The notes under the pieces: model-generated
What the model was told of the DNA's origin: nothing
Seen by the model: the letters and a program-made list of their open reading frames with translations, nothing else
Database searches by the model: none
From: Lachnospiraceae bacterium
GTDB lineage: Bacteria > Bacillota > Clostridia > Lachnospirales > Lachnospiraceae
Assembly (NCBI GenBank): GCA_024403415.1
Contig: JAKSRY010000004.1
Coordinates: forward strand, 26,536 to 90,535
Direction of reading: 5' to 3'
DNA: 64,000 nucleotides
Shown: piece by piece, positions 48,033-57,404 of the stretch
How positions within the stretch are numbered: the first letter of the stretch is position 1
Layout: the number at the start of each line of letters is the position of its first letter
Translations under genes and position numbers: made by a program

Positions 48033-49379
48033 GTGTCGCATAACAAGTTTGAAAACGATATAGGAAAAAGAATATCATCATCTCTTAAGGACAGTTTGAG
48101 TTCAGGTAATTTTTCGGGACTTAAAGATGCTATTTCCGATTCTGTGATTGATGTGATAGAAGAAGCATCAAGTGCTTTTAAGGAATCAGGGTCCGGCAAT
48201 GGGCAGAATCGTCCTTATGGATATTATAAGCCGCATTCCACTCCCAAGGACTCTCAGGCATATTCCGAAGAACTGATTGCCAAGAGAAAGGCTCATAACG
48301 AAAAGGTGAGACAGAATGCTGAGGCTATGAAGCAGAAAAAGGCATCCTATAGTTCAAATAATTACGTTGAAGTTGATTCGAAACCAATCGTTACAGATAC
48401 CGGTGCTGAGATTGTTCCAACAGAGAATTTTAATCCGGTTGGACGTGTATCGGGTAATGTCTGTTTCGGACTTGGTATTGCCGGCATGATAGTTTCATCT
48501 GCAGCAACACTGGTTAATGGAATCGGATTTCTGGTTTCGGGTGGCGGTTTGTTCAGTCTGATTTTTTCAGGAGTAACACTTGCTGCTTCGGCCATTACAC
48601 TTAAGGTCGGACTGTTTAAGAAGGGACTTTTGGCAAAAGCAAAGCGGCTTTTACAGATATGCGGTGAAAATATGTATGCCCAGGTTTCTTCGATAGCTTC
48701 GGCAATGGGAGTTAAAACCTCAAAGGTAAAAAAGGATATTAAAACTCTTTTACAAAAAGGTTACTTTCCACAGGGTTATCTTGATGACCAGGAAACAACA
48801 TTAATGCTTTCCGAGGATGTTTATAAGCAGTATAGACTTACACAAAGTAATTCCTTAAAATTGATAAAAGAGGAAGAAGAAATAGAAAAGAGTATTCGTG
48901 AGGAACTTGACAGAGCAAAAGCTACATTAAGTCCTGCGGATGCCGAGGAACTTGAAAATATGGTTACGGAAGGTTATGCATGCGTTAAGAGACTTCACAA
49001 GCTTAACGAGCAGATACCTGAAGAATCAATAACAAATAAGCTAAACGACCTTGAAAAAGTATTAAGGCAGATTTTTAAGGGAGTTCAGATTCATCCCGAA
49101 CAGATGAAAAGAATGCATAAGCTGATGGATTATTACTTACCTACAATGCTTAAACTGGTTGAAGCATATGCAGAGTATGATAAGGTTAATAATCCGGGAG
49201 ATGAAATAATAGAAGCTAAGGCAGAGATAGAAGCTACACTGGATACTATTATTGAAGCTTTTAATCAGTTACTGAATAACCTCTTTAGAGATTCGGTGTG
49301 GGATGTGACTTCAGATGCACAGGTGTTAAAAACAATGTTAAAGCAGGAAGGTCTTGCAACTGACCTGACAAATGATTAA
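48033..49379 (+). CDS. xpaC: XpaC-like (5-bromo-4-chloroindolyl phosphate hydrolysis family) membrane protein
   Basis: GTG start. Two central TM helices (VCFGLGIAGMIVSSAATLV, LFSLIFSGVTLAASAITL). C-terminal helical domain with MKRMHKLMDYYLPTMLKLVEAYAEYD. Conserved pairing with a downstream TelA/YaaN gene. Confidence 0.65.
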   Translation: MSHNKFENDIGKRISSSLKDSLSSGNFSGLKDAISDSVIDVIEEASSAFKESGSGNGQNRPYGYYKPHSTPKDSQAYSEELIAKRKAHNEKVRQNAEAMKQKKASYSSNNYVEVDSKPIVTDTGAEIVPTENFNPVGRVSGNVCFGLGIAGMIVSSAATLVNGIGFLVSGGGLFSLIFSGVTLAASAITLKVGLFKKGLLAKAKRLLQICGENMYAQVSSIASAMGVKTSKVKKDIKTLLQKGYFPQGYLDDQETTLMLSEDVYKQYRLTQSNSLKLIKEEEEIEKSIREELDRAKATLSPADAEELENMVTEGYACVKRLHKLNEQIPEESITNKLNDLEKVLRQIFKGVQIHPEQMKRMHKLMDYYLPTMLKLVEAYAEYDKVNNPGDEIIEAKAEIEATLDTIIEAFNQLLNNLFRDSVWDVTSDAQVLKTMLKQEGLATDLTND

Positions 49380-49397
49380 GAAAGATGAGGGAAAATC

Positions 49398-50522
49398 ATG
49401 GAAGAACAAATCGTTGATGTTGCAGAAAAAGAAGTAGTTTTGGAAAACGTTGATATTGAAATCGCCGGAGCACCTAAAATGGAGCTCACAGAGAAAGAAC
49501 AGGAAACTCTTAAGAGCTATATTTCTCAGATTGATATCACAGATACGCAGATGGTACTTCAGTATGGTGCCGGTGCTCAGAAGAAGATAGCTGATTTTTC
49601 AGAATCTGCACTTAATTCTGTTAGAACCAAAGATCTGGGCGAAGTTGGTGACATGCTCACAGATGTTGTTACTGAGCTTAAAGGCTTTGATGTTCAGGAA
49701 AGCAAGGGATTCTTTGGTTTCTTCAAGAAAAGTGCCAACAAACTGACAAGCATTAAGGCTAAATATGACAAGGCTGAGGCTAATGTAGACAAGATTTGTA
49801 AGGCTATGGAAGGTCATCAGGTAACTCTTCTTAAGGACATAGCTGTTCTTGATAAGATGTATGATACTAACCTTAGCTATTTTAAGGATCTTACTCTTTA
49901 TATAATGGCAGGAAAAGAAAAGCTTAAAGAAGCAAAGGAAGTAGAACTTCCCAAACTCCTTAAGGTTGCTGAGGAGACAGGACTTCCTGAGGATACTCAG
50001 GCTGCCAAGGATTATGCAGCAAAAATAGACAGATTCGAAAAGAAGATTTATGATTTGGAGCTTACAAGAAACATTTCAATGCAGATGGCTCCTCAGATTC
50101 GTCTGATTCAGAATAATGACACAACAATGTCTGAAAAGATTCAGTCTACTCTTGTTAACACAATTCCTCTTTGGAAGAGCCAGATGGTAATTGCCATTGG
50201 TATCAATCATTCAAGTGAAGCTGCCAAGGCTCAGAGAGAAGTTACAGATATGACAAATGAACTTCTTAAGAAGAACTCTGAAGCTCTTAAGATGGCTACT
50301 ATTGAATCTGCAAAAGAATCTGAAAGAGGTATTGTTGATATCGAAACATTAACTCATACTAACCAGATGCTTATTGAAACTCTCGATGAAGTAATGCAGA
50401 TTCAGCAGGAAGGAAGAGTTAAGAGAGCAGAAGCTGAAGAAGAATTACAGCGTATCGAAAATGAAATGAAGGATAAGCTTTTGGAAGTAAGTAATAAGTC
50501 ACTTGAAAATGCTTCAAAATAA
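49398..50522 (+). CDS. TelA/YaaN-family toxic anion resistance protein
   Basis: 374-aa all-helical protein with the typical TelA layout (QYGAGAQKKIADFSE..., LKDIAVLDKMYD..., IPLWKSQMVIAIG). Confidence 0.8.
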   Translation: MEEQIVDVAEKEVVLENVDIEIAGAPKMELTEKEQETLKSYISQIDITDTQMVLQYGAGAQKKIADFSESALNSVRTKDLGEVGDMLTDVVTELKGFDVQESKGFFGFFKKSANKLTSIKAKYDKAEANVDKICKAMEGHQVTLLKDIAVLDKMYDTNLSYFKDLTLYIMAGKEKLKEAKEVELPKLLKVAEETGLPEDTQAAKDYAAKIDRFEKKIYDLELTRNISMQMAPQIRLIQNNDTTMSEKIQSTLVNTIPLWKSQMVIAIGINHSSEAAKAQREVTDMTNELLKKNSEALKMATIESAKESERGIVDIETLTHTNQMLIETLDEVMQIQQEGRVKRAEAEEELQRIENEMKDKLLEVSNKSLENASK

Positions 50523-50660
50523 TATGGTTTATGATTAATTGCAGAAGCTGAATTATGGTTTTTGTTATTATGAAGATTTTTGTAGGACCTCGCCGCTGGT
50601 GAGGTCCTAATCAATTAACAGAAGTTAGCGTGTTCTTGAGGAGTCAGAAGAGGTATCGGA

Positions 50661-51932
50661 ATGCAGGGACAAAAGAAAATCAAAGGAAAATTGCGAATAA
50701 TTGTTCTTTCTGTGTTTTTATTAATCACCACAGGGGTTGTTCTGCTGATTGTCTACCGCCAAAATCCCAATGCACTGATCATTAATGCATTCGAAAATAC
50801 AGTCAGGGAATGGGTTCCGAATCCTGTTCTTAAGGACATTGCGAATATGGAAGACTTCGTAGGTGAAGATGGTTACTGTATAGAAACAAGAGTGGAAACA
50901 GAGGTTCCGGTTTTAGGTGATATAGCGATTAATGCCAGACAATATATTTCAAATAATAAGATTAATGTAATTGGTGACTTTGATATTGCCATGATACTGC
51001 CTGTTACATATGAAATGATTATGGATGAAGACAGTTTTGGAATTACAGTTCCATTTTTGGATGAGCGTATTTTTTGTATGGACTATCGTGGGGAAAGAGG
51101 CGACGGTCTGGAAAAATATATTGATGTGGATAAGTTAGGCAATTATGCCAAAAGATATTTTGAGATTATGACCGGTCTGACTTCGTTAAAGGATAATAAG
51201 AATGCTTTCCTTCAGGATATGATAAAAAGTCTCGAAGATGTTTCATTTGAAGAAACTCAGGATGCGGCAGCAGATGAATATGCAAAGAAATGCGATATGT
51301 ATAAAGCTTCCATTAGCAGGGATAAGATAAGTGAGATTGTGGATATTTTTTCAGAAAACAATATCTTTGCGGATAAATATTCCCAATATGAGAATAATGA
51401 AATGTTCAGCAATGTAATGAAAGGACAGGAGGCTGATATATACGTAGGTATATGTGAAAACAGAATATCTTATATAAGAGTTGTGAATGGAAGTGAAAGC
51501 TATGAGATTAAAAAGATAAAAGCTGATGATGATTCGGAAAGAATATCTTTGTCAAAATCAGAAAATGAACTTATGAGTATAGAGAAGACCCTGGGTGGCA
51601 ATGAAAATGAGTATCTTTTTAAGTGTGATGGTTTGTCTGTCAGTGCCGTCTATGATAAGAACGAGGATGTCCTGTCATTTAGAGTGCTTAAAGAGGAAAA
51701 AGAATATGATATTGATATAAAGATAAAACGATCTGATGACCGGATTAAGTTTGAGACCGATTATTTTGATGTAGGGGATACATATTTTGGTGGTTTTATA
51801 AGCTTTTCAAAAGATAAAGAAGAAATTAAGATCAAAGGAGAAGAATTTAATATCGCAAAGCTGACAGAAGAAGAACTTGGAATATTGAAGAATGAAATTT
51901 ATTCGGAAATCATGAAAGTAATAGGGTGGTAA
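50661..51932 (+). CDS. Hypothetical membrane-anchored extracytoplasmic protein
   Basis: 423 aa, signal-anchor LRIIVLSVFLLITTGVVLLIVY, GAGGAG SD. No family recognised. Confidence 0.5.
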   Translation: MQGQKKIKGKLRIIVLSVFLLITTGVVLLIVYRQNPNALIINAFENTVREWVPNPVLKDIANMEDFVGEDGYCIETRVETEVPVLGDIAINARQYISNNKINVIGDFDIAMILPVTYEMIMDEDSFGITVPFLDERIFCMDYRGERGDGLEKYIDVDKLGNYAKRYFEIMTGLTSLKDNKNAFLQDMIKSLEDVSFEETQDAAADEYAKKCDMYKASISRDKISEIVDIFSENNIFADKYSQYENNEMFSNVMKGQEADIYVGICENRISYIRVVNGSESYEIKKIKADDDSERISLSKSENELMSIEKTLGGNENEYLFKCDGLSVSAVYDKNEDVLSFRVLKEEKEYDIDIKIKRSDDRIKFETDYFDVGDTYFGGFISFSKDKEEIKIKGEEFNIAKLTEEELGILKNEIYSEIMKVIGW

Positions 51933-52018
51933 TTAGGCTTTTTCGGTTGATTTTGAAGAGGATATTAAGTAAGATATTTTTTGAGACTGTTTTTTAAAAA
52001 TAGAAAGGAATTTTTGAA

Positions 52019-52738
52019 ATGGAATTACGTTCATTAGCTCAGGAACTCAGTGAAAATGCATATCCAGGAAGAGGAATAGTAGTTGGATGCTCTGAAGACA
52101 AAAAATATGCCGTTATGGGTTATTTTATTATGGGAAGAAGCTCAAACAGCAGAAACAGAGTATTTGTAGAAGAAGGAAAAGGAATAAGAACTCAGGCTTT
52201 TGATCCTTCTAAGCTTGAAGATCCAAGCCTTATCATCTACGCTCCGGTTCGCGTTATTGGAAATAAAACAATAGTTACTAATGGTGATCAGACAGATACA
52301 GTATATGAAGGTTTTGAAAAGGGACTTACTTTTGAGCAGTCACTTCGCTCAAGAGAGTTTGAACCCGATGCACCAAACTATACACCAAGAATTTCTTCTG
52401 TAGTATGTGTTGAGCCGGAGAATAATGTTTTTAGTTATGCAATGTCTATATTAAAGAGTGACAAGGGTAATCCTGAATCATGTCAGAGATTTACTTTTGA
52501 TTACAATAATCCTGTAGCAGGAGAGGGACGTTTTATACATACATATATGCACGATGGTAATCCTCTTCCTTCATTTGAAGGTGAGCCAAAGCATGTAAAG
52601 ATTCAGGGAAGCATTGATGAATTTACAGATATGCTCTGGACTAATCTCAATGAGGAAAACAAGGTATCTTTATTCGTAAGATTCATTAATCTTGAAACCG
52701 GTGAATACGAAACAAGAATTGTTAATAAAAACAAATAA
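52019..52738 (+). CDS. purO: IMP cyclohydrolase, archaeal PurO type
   Basis: AYPGRGIVVG...YFIMGRSSNSRNRVF...IYAPV...TNGDQTD pattern of the PurO family, 239 aa, directly upstream of an AICARFT-only gene. Confidence 0.75.
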   Translation: MELRSLAQELSENAYPGRGIVVGCSEDKKYAVMGYFIMGRSSNSRNRVFVEEGKGIRTQAFDPSKLEDPSLIIYAPVRVIGNKTIVTNGDQTDTVYEGFEKGLTFEQSLRSREFEPDAPNYTPRISSVVCVEPENNVFSYAMSILKSDKGNPESCQRFTFDYNNPVAGEGRFIHTYMHDGNPLPSFEGEPKHVKIQGSIDEFTDMLWTNLNEENKVSLFVRFINLETGEYETRIVNKNK

Positions 52739-52776
52739 TATAAGAATATCCAATATCGATATTGAAAGGGACGAAA

Positions 52777-53955
52777 ATGAAAGAAATACAGTTAAAGTAC
52801 GGATGTAACCCTAATCAGAAGCCTTCAAGAATATTTATGGAAAATGGAGCCGATCTACCTGTTGAGGTAATTAACGGACGTCCGGGATATATCAATTTCC
52901 TGGATGCATTTAATGGCTGGCAGCTTGTTAAGGAATTAAAGGAAGCAACAGGACTTCCTGCAGCAACATCTTTTAAGCATGTTTCACCTGCAGGTGCAGC
53001 AGTAGGACTTCCTCTTGATGATACTCTTGCAAAGATATACTGGGTTGATGATCTTGGTGAGCTTTCTCCTTTAGCTTGCGCATATGCAAGAGCAAGAGGC
53101 GCTGACAGAATGTCATCTTTTGGTGATTTTATTGCATTAAGTGATGTATGTGATGCTGATACAGCAAAGCTTATTAAAAGAGAAGTATCTGATGGTGTTA
53201 TTGCTCCCGGATATACAGATGAAGCTTTAGAGATTCTTCGCCAGAAGAAGAAGGGCAACTACAACGTAATTAAAATTGATCCTTCTTATGTTCCTGAAGA
53301 GCTTGAAAGAAAGCAGGTATATGGAATTACTTTCGAGCAGGGAAGAAATGAACTTGATATTAATGGAGATCTTTTTGGAAATATAGTTACTGCTAACAAG
53401 GAGATTCCGGAAGAAGCTTTGATTGATATGAAAATAGCAATGATTACTCTTAAGTATACACAGTCTAACTCTGTATGTTACGTAAAGGGTGGACAGGCAA
53501 TCGGTATTGGTGCCGGACAGCAGTCAAGAATTCATTGTACAAGACTTGCAGGTCAGAAGGCTGATAACTGGTTCCTTCGTCAGTCTCCTCAGGTTATGGG
53601 ACTTCAGTTCCTTGACGAACTTGGACGTGCAGACAGAGATAATGCTATCGATGTATATATGGGAGATGAATACGAAGATGTTCTTCGTGATGGTGAATGG
53701 CAGAAGAGATTCAAGGTTAAGCCTGAAGTATTTACCCGCGAAGAAAAGAAGGAATGGCTTGCAAAGAACCAGAATGTTACATTAGGTTCAGATGCGTTCT
53801 TCCCATTCTCAGATAATATTGAAAGAGCTTATAAGAGCGGTGTTAAGTATATTGCTCAGCCGGGTGGATCAGTAAGAGATGATTTGGTAATCGAATGCGC
53901 TGATAAGTATGATATGGTCATGGCATTTACAGGAATCAGACTTTTCCATCACTAA
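52777..53955 (+). CDS. purH: AICAR formyltransferase (PurH C-terminal domain only, no MGS-like IMP cyclohydrolase domain)
   Basis: LKYGCNPNQKP, SFKHVSPAGAAVG, GIGAGQQSRIHCTRLAG, SDAFFPFSDNIE, IAQPGGSVRD, TGIRLFHH end. 392 aa from the ATG at 52777. Confidence 0.88.
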   Translation: MKEIQLKYGCNPNQKPSRIFMENGADLPVEVINGRPGYINFLDAFNGWQLVKELKEATGLPAATSFKHVSPAGAAVGLPLDDTLAKIYWVDDLGELSPLACAYARARGADRMSSFGDFIALSDVCDADTAKLIKREVSDGVIAPGYTDEALEILRQKKKGNYNVIKIDPSYVPEELERKQVYGITFEQGRNELDINGDLFGNIVTANKEIPEEALIDMKIAMITLKYTQSNSVCYVKGGQAIGIGAGQQSRIHCTRLAGQKADNWFLRQSPQVMGLQFLDELGRADRDNAIDVYMGDEYEDVLRDGEWQKRFKVKPEVFTREEKKEWLAKNQNVTLGSDAFFPFSDNIERAYKSGVKYIAQPGGSVRDDLVIECADKYDMVMAFTGIRLFHH

Positions 53956-53994
53956 TTTCTATTAGGTTAATATATTTTTAAGGATAATTAATTG

Positions 53995-54717
53995 ATGCTT
54001 AAAGTAAGTAATTTGTCTTTTAGTGCTTCAGACAATGATGCGAAAAAGACTATAATCAATAATGTAAGTTTTGAAGTAAACAATGGAGAGTTGATGGTCA
54101 TCACCGGTCCAAACGGTGGTGGCAAATCGACTCTGGTTAAGCTTTTGATGGGAATTCTTCCGGCTGATGAAGGGAAGATAATCCTTGATAATGAAGATAT
54201 TTCAGCTTATTCGATAGATGAAAGGGCAAAGGCCGGAATAGGATTTGCTTTCCAGCAGCCACCGAGATTTAAGGGAATGACAGTAAAACGTTTTCTTACA
54301 CTGGCAGCAGGAAACAACCTGTCAGAAAGCAGGTGCTGCGATCTTTTAAGTTCGGTAGGTCTTTGCGCAAGGGAATATCTTGACAGAGAACTTGACGGAA
54401 GTCTGTCCGGAGGAGAGATGAAGCGAATCGAAATTGCTTCTGTACTTGCTTCAAATCATAAAATCTGTATTTTTGATGAGCCGGAGGCAGGAATTGATCT
54501 TTGGAGCTTTAGTATGCTTGTTAAGCAGTTTGAAAAGCTTCATGAGACAAAGGACAGAAGTATTATTATCATTTCCCATCAGGAAAGAATTATTGAGATG
54601 GCAGACAGAATTATGGTTATTAAAGATGGCGCCGTTTCAGCAATCGGAACAAGAGAAGAAGTATATCCAAATTTGATTAAGGGTGAATCCCATGCCTGTA
54701 TGGCAGAAATGAAATAG
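53995..54717 (+). CDS. sufC: SufC-like Fe-S assembly ABC ATPase
   Basis: Walker A GPNGGGKST, signature LSGGEMKR, Walker B ICIFDEPEAGID, H-loop SHQ. No permease partner. Confidence 0.75.
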   Translation: MLKVSNLSFSASDNDAKKTIINNVSFEVNNGELMVITGPNGGGKSTLVKLLMGILPADEGKIILDNEDISAYSIDERAKAGIGFAFQQPPRFKGMTVKRFLTLAAGNNLSESRCCDLLSSVGLCAREYLDRELDGSLSGGEMKRIEIASVLASNHKICIFDEPEAGIDLWSFSMLVKQFEKLHETKDRSIIIISHQERIIEMADRIMVIKDGAVSAIGTREEVYPNLIKGESHACMAEMK

Positions 54718-54719
54718 AA

Positions 54720-55646
54720 ATGGTTAATATTGATGAAACAACTCAGAGTGTACTGTCAAAGATAGACAGCGAAGGCTTTAAGCAGGAAGGTGCATATAAT
54801 CTTCGTTACAACGGAACTGCACTTTGCCACGGAGACTCTGAAAATATTAAAATAGTAAAAAAGACAGATAAAAACGGAATAGATGTACATATTCTTGCAA
54901 CTGCACAGAATGAATATGTTCATATACCGGTTGTTGTAACAACCTCAGGTATGACAGATGAAGTGTACAATGACTTCTTTGTAGAACCGGGAGCAAAGGT
55001 TACAATCGTAGCCGGATGTGGAATTCATAATTCAGGCTGTAATGATTCAAGGCATGACGGAATTCATGCTTTCCATGTGGGAGCAGGAGCTACGGTAACC
55101 TATGAAGAAAAGCATTATGGCGAAGGCGAAGGAACCGGAGCAAGAATTCTGAATCCTGTGACTCAGATATTTCTTGAGGAAAATGCAGTATTTAATCTTG
55201 ATACGGCTCAAATTGGTGGTGTTGATTCCACTAAAAGAAAGTCAAGTGTTGTTATGGGACCTCACTCAAGGATTAAAGTTACTGAAAGACTGATGACACA
55301 CGATAATCAGGTGGCTGAATCCGATATGGACATTGTATTAAAAGGTGAAGGTTCATCTGCACAGATTGTATCGCGTTCAGTGGCAAAGGGTAATTCAACT
55401 CAGGTGTTCCACCCATGTGCGATAGGTGAGGCACCCTGTCATGCGCATATTCAGTGTGATTCAATCATTATGGATGGTGCAAAAGTCAGATCAATTCCCG
55501 AAATTGATGCAAGACATGTTGATTCTGCAATTATTCATGAGGCTGCCATCGGAAGAATTAATAACGATCAGCTGATTAAGCTGAACACCTTTGGATTAAG
55601 TAATGATGAAGCAGAAGCAGTTATTATAGAGAATTTCCTGATATAA
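54720..55646 (+). CDS. SufB/SufD-family Fe-S scaffold-like protein, short form (308 aa)
   Basis: Beta-helix-type repeats and C-terminal HEAAIGRINNDQLIKLNTFGLSNDEAEAVIIENFL, typical of SufB/SufD. Cys cluster AGCGIHNSGCND. Confidence 0.7.
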   Translation: MVNIDETTQSVLSKIDSEGFKQEGAYNLRYNGTALCHGDSENIKIVKKTDKNGIDVHILATAQNEYVHIPVVVTTSGMTDEVYNDFFVEPGAKVTIVAGCGIHNSGCNDSRHDGIHAFHVGAGATVTYEEKHYGEGEGTGARILNPVTQIFLEENAVFNLDTAQIGGVDSTKRKSSVVMGPHSRIKVTERLMTHDNQVAESDMDIVLKGEGSSAQIVSRSVAKGNSTQVFHPCAIGEAPCHAHIQCDSIIMDGAKVRSIPEIDARHVDSAIIHEAAIGRINNDQLIKLNTFGLSNDEAEAVIIENFLI

Positions 55647-55649
55647 GCG

Positions 55650-57404
55650 ATGAAAAAATTATTAAAATATTTAAGTTCATATAAGAAAGAAAGTTTATTA
55701 AGCCCCCTGTTTAAAATGCTGGAGGCTTCTTTTGAGTTGTTTGTTCCCCTGGTAATCGCAGCGATGATTGATAAGGGAATAGGAGACGGGATAACAGAAG
55801 GCGGAGATACAGGATATCTTATTAAATCCTTTGTCATCCTGATTGCGCTTGGCATAGTTGGTCTTATAAGTGCAGTATCTGCACAATATTTTGCAGCAAA
55901 GGCCGCAACCGGATTTGCGACAGGCTTAAGACATGATCTGTTCAAGCATATTATGAATCTTGGGTTTGATAAACAGGACGAAGCCGGGGTATCAACCATT
56001 ATTACCAGAATGACCTCTGATGTTAACACAACTCAGAATGGTGTGAACATGTTCTTAAGACTGTTTTTAAGATCACCGTTCATTGTTATTGGAGCTGCCG
56101 TTATGGCATTTACCATTGATGCAGAAGCCGCTCTGGTATTTGTTGGTGTGCTTGCGGTATTGTCGCTTGTTATAGGACTTATTATGAAGGCAAACATTCC
56201 CATGCTCATGAAGGTGCAGAAGGGACTGGATAAGGTTCTTAAGTTGACAAGGGAAAATCTGTCCGGGGTAAGAGTAATAAGAGCATTTTCGAGAGAAGAA
56301 AAGGAATGTGAACTGTTCAGTGAAAATAATGATAAGCTTTCACGCCTTCAGCTTGTTGCCGGCAGAGTTTCCGGTCTTTTGAATCCACTGACATATATTA
56401 TTATCAACTTAGCCATTGTAGTTTTGATTAAAGTAGGAGGGGTTAAGGTTAATTCCGGTGTGCTTTCAACAGGAGAAGTAGTTGCACTTTATAACTACAT
56501 GTCTCAGATTTTGGTTGAACTTATTAAATTTGCCGGATTAATGGTTACCATCAATAAGGCACTTGCTTCAGCTAACAGAATTTCAGAGGTGTTTGATATC
56601 AGCGAGGAAATTCAAAAAGATACAGACGACAGCAATATAGCAGATGCCGAAATATTAAAGGAAAACAGACTTGGTATTGAATTTAAGAATGTATCATTAA
56701 GATATCAGGAAGGTTCCGACGAGTCCTTAAGCAATGTATCCTTTAAGATTAATCCGGGTCAGACGCTTGGAGTAATCGGAGGTACCGGATCGGGTAAAAC
56801 ATCACTTATCAACCTGATACCCGGATTTTATAGGGCCACTGAGGGAGAAATCCTGATTAATGGTCATAATGTAAATTGTATTTCAAAAAGCGAATTGCGT
56901 AAAAAGATAGGAATTGTTATGCAAAAGGCAGTTCTTTTTGAAGGAACCATAAGAGATAACCTTTTATGGGGAAATGATAAGGCATCCGATGAGGAAATAC
57001 TTAAGGCCGTAGATATTGCAGTTGCCACAGATGTAGTCAATTCCAAAGGCGGACTTGATGCCCATGTGGATTCCGGTGGTCATTCTTTCTCCGGAGGACA
57101 AAGACAGAGACTTTCCATTGCAAGAGCACTTGTAAGAAAGCCTGCAATCTTAATTCTTGATGATTCTTCATCTGCACTTGATTTTGCAACGGATCTTAAA
57201 CTCAGAACAAATATAGCAGGACTTGATTATAATCCGACTACTGTAATTGTGGCACAGAGAAGTTCTTCTGTAATGAATGCTGATCTTATAGTTGTTCTTG
57301 ATGATGGAGATGTTGTAGGCATGGGAACTCATGAAGAATTGCTGCAAAGCTGTGAGGTTTATCAGGAGATATATAATACTCAGTTCAGAAGGGAGGAAGA
57401 CTAA
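55650..57404 (+). CDS. ABC exporter, fused permease-ATPase (heterodimeric multidrug/lipid exporter subunit 1)
   Basis: Six-TM exporter domain, Walker A GGTGSGKTS, signature FSGGQRQR, Walker B ILILDDSSSALD. Confidence 0.9.
   Translation: MKKLLKYLSSYKKESLLSPLFKMLEASFELFVPLVIAAMIDKGIGDGITEGGDTGYLIKSFVILIALGIVGLISAVSAQYFAAKAATGFATGLRHDLFKHIMNLGFDKQDEAGVSTIITRMTSDVNTTQNGVNMFLRLFLRSPFIVIGAAVMAFTIDAEAALVFVGVLAVLSLVIGLIMKANIPMLMKVQKGLDKVLKLTRENLSGVRVIRAFSREEKECELFSENNDKLSRLQLVAGRVSGLLNPLTYIIINLAIVVLIKVGGVKVNSGVLSTGEVVALYNYMSQILVELIKFAGLMVTINKALASANRISEVFDISEEIQKDTDDSNIADAEILKENRLGIEFKNVSLRYQEGSDESLSNVSFKINPGQTLGVIGGTGSGKTSLINLIPGFYRATEGEILINGHNVNCISKSELRKKIGIVMQKAVLFEGTIRDNLLWGNDKASDEEILKAVDIAVATDVVNSKGGLDAHVDSGGHSFSGGQRQRLSIARALVRKPAILILDDSSSALDFATDLKLRTNIAGLDYNPTTVIVAQRSSSVMNADLIVVLDDGDVVGMGTHEELLQSCEVYQEIYNTQFRREED

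Noticed and set aside
50583-50609. 9-bp GC hairpin TAGGACCTC/GAGGTCCTA after the TelA gene as an intrinsic terminator
   Set aside because: The T-run precedes the stem rather than following it, and no U-tract follows on either strand. It may still act as a stabiliser or weak terminator, but I cannot support calling it a feature.
51933-52018. Possible purine or ZTP (pfl) riboswitch upstream of purO/purH
   Set aside because: An 86-nt AT-rich spacer with no conserved three-way junction or pfl-type GC-rich motifs.
52815-53258. 147-aa ORF antisense to purH (and a similar 153-aa ORF at 55568-56029 antisense to the sufB/D-ABC junction)
   Set aside because: Both are embedded in conserved CDSs on the opposite strand, with no ribosome-binding sites or family resemblance. 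Judged spurious.
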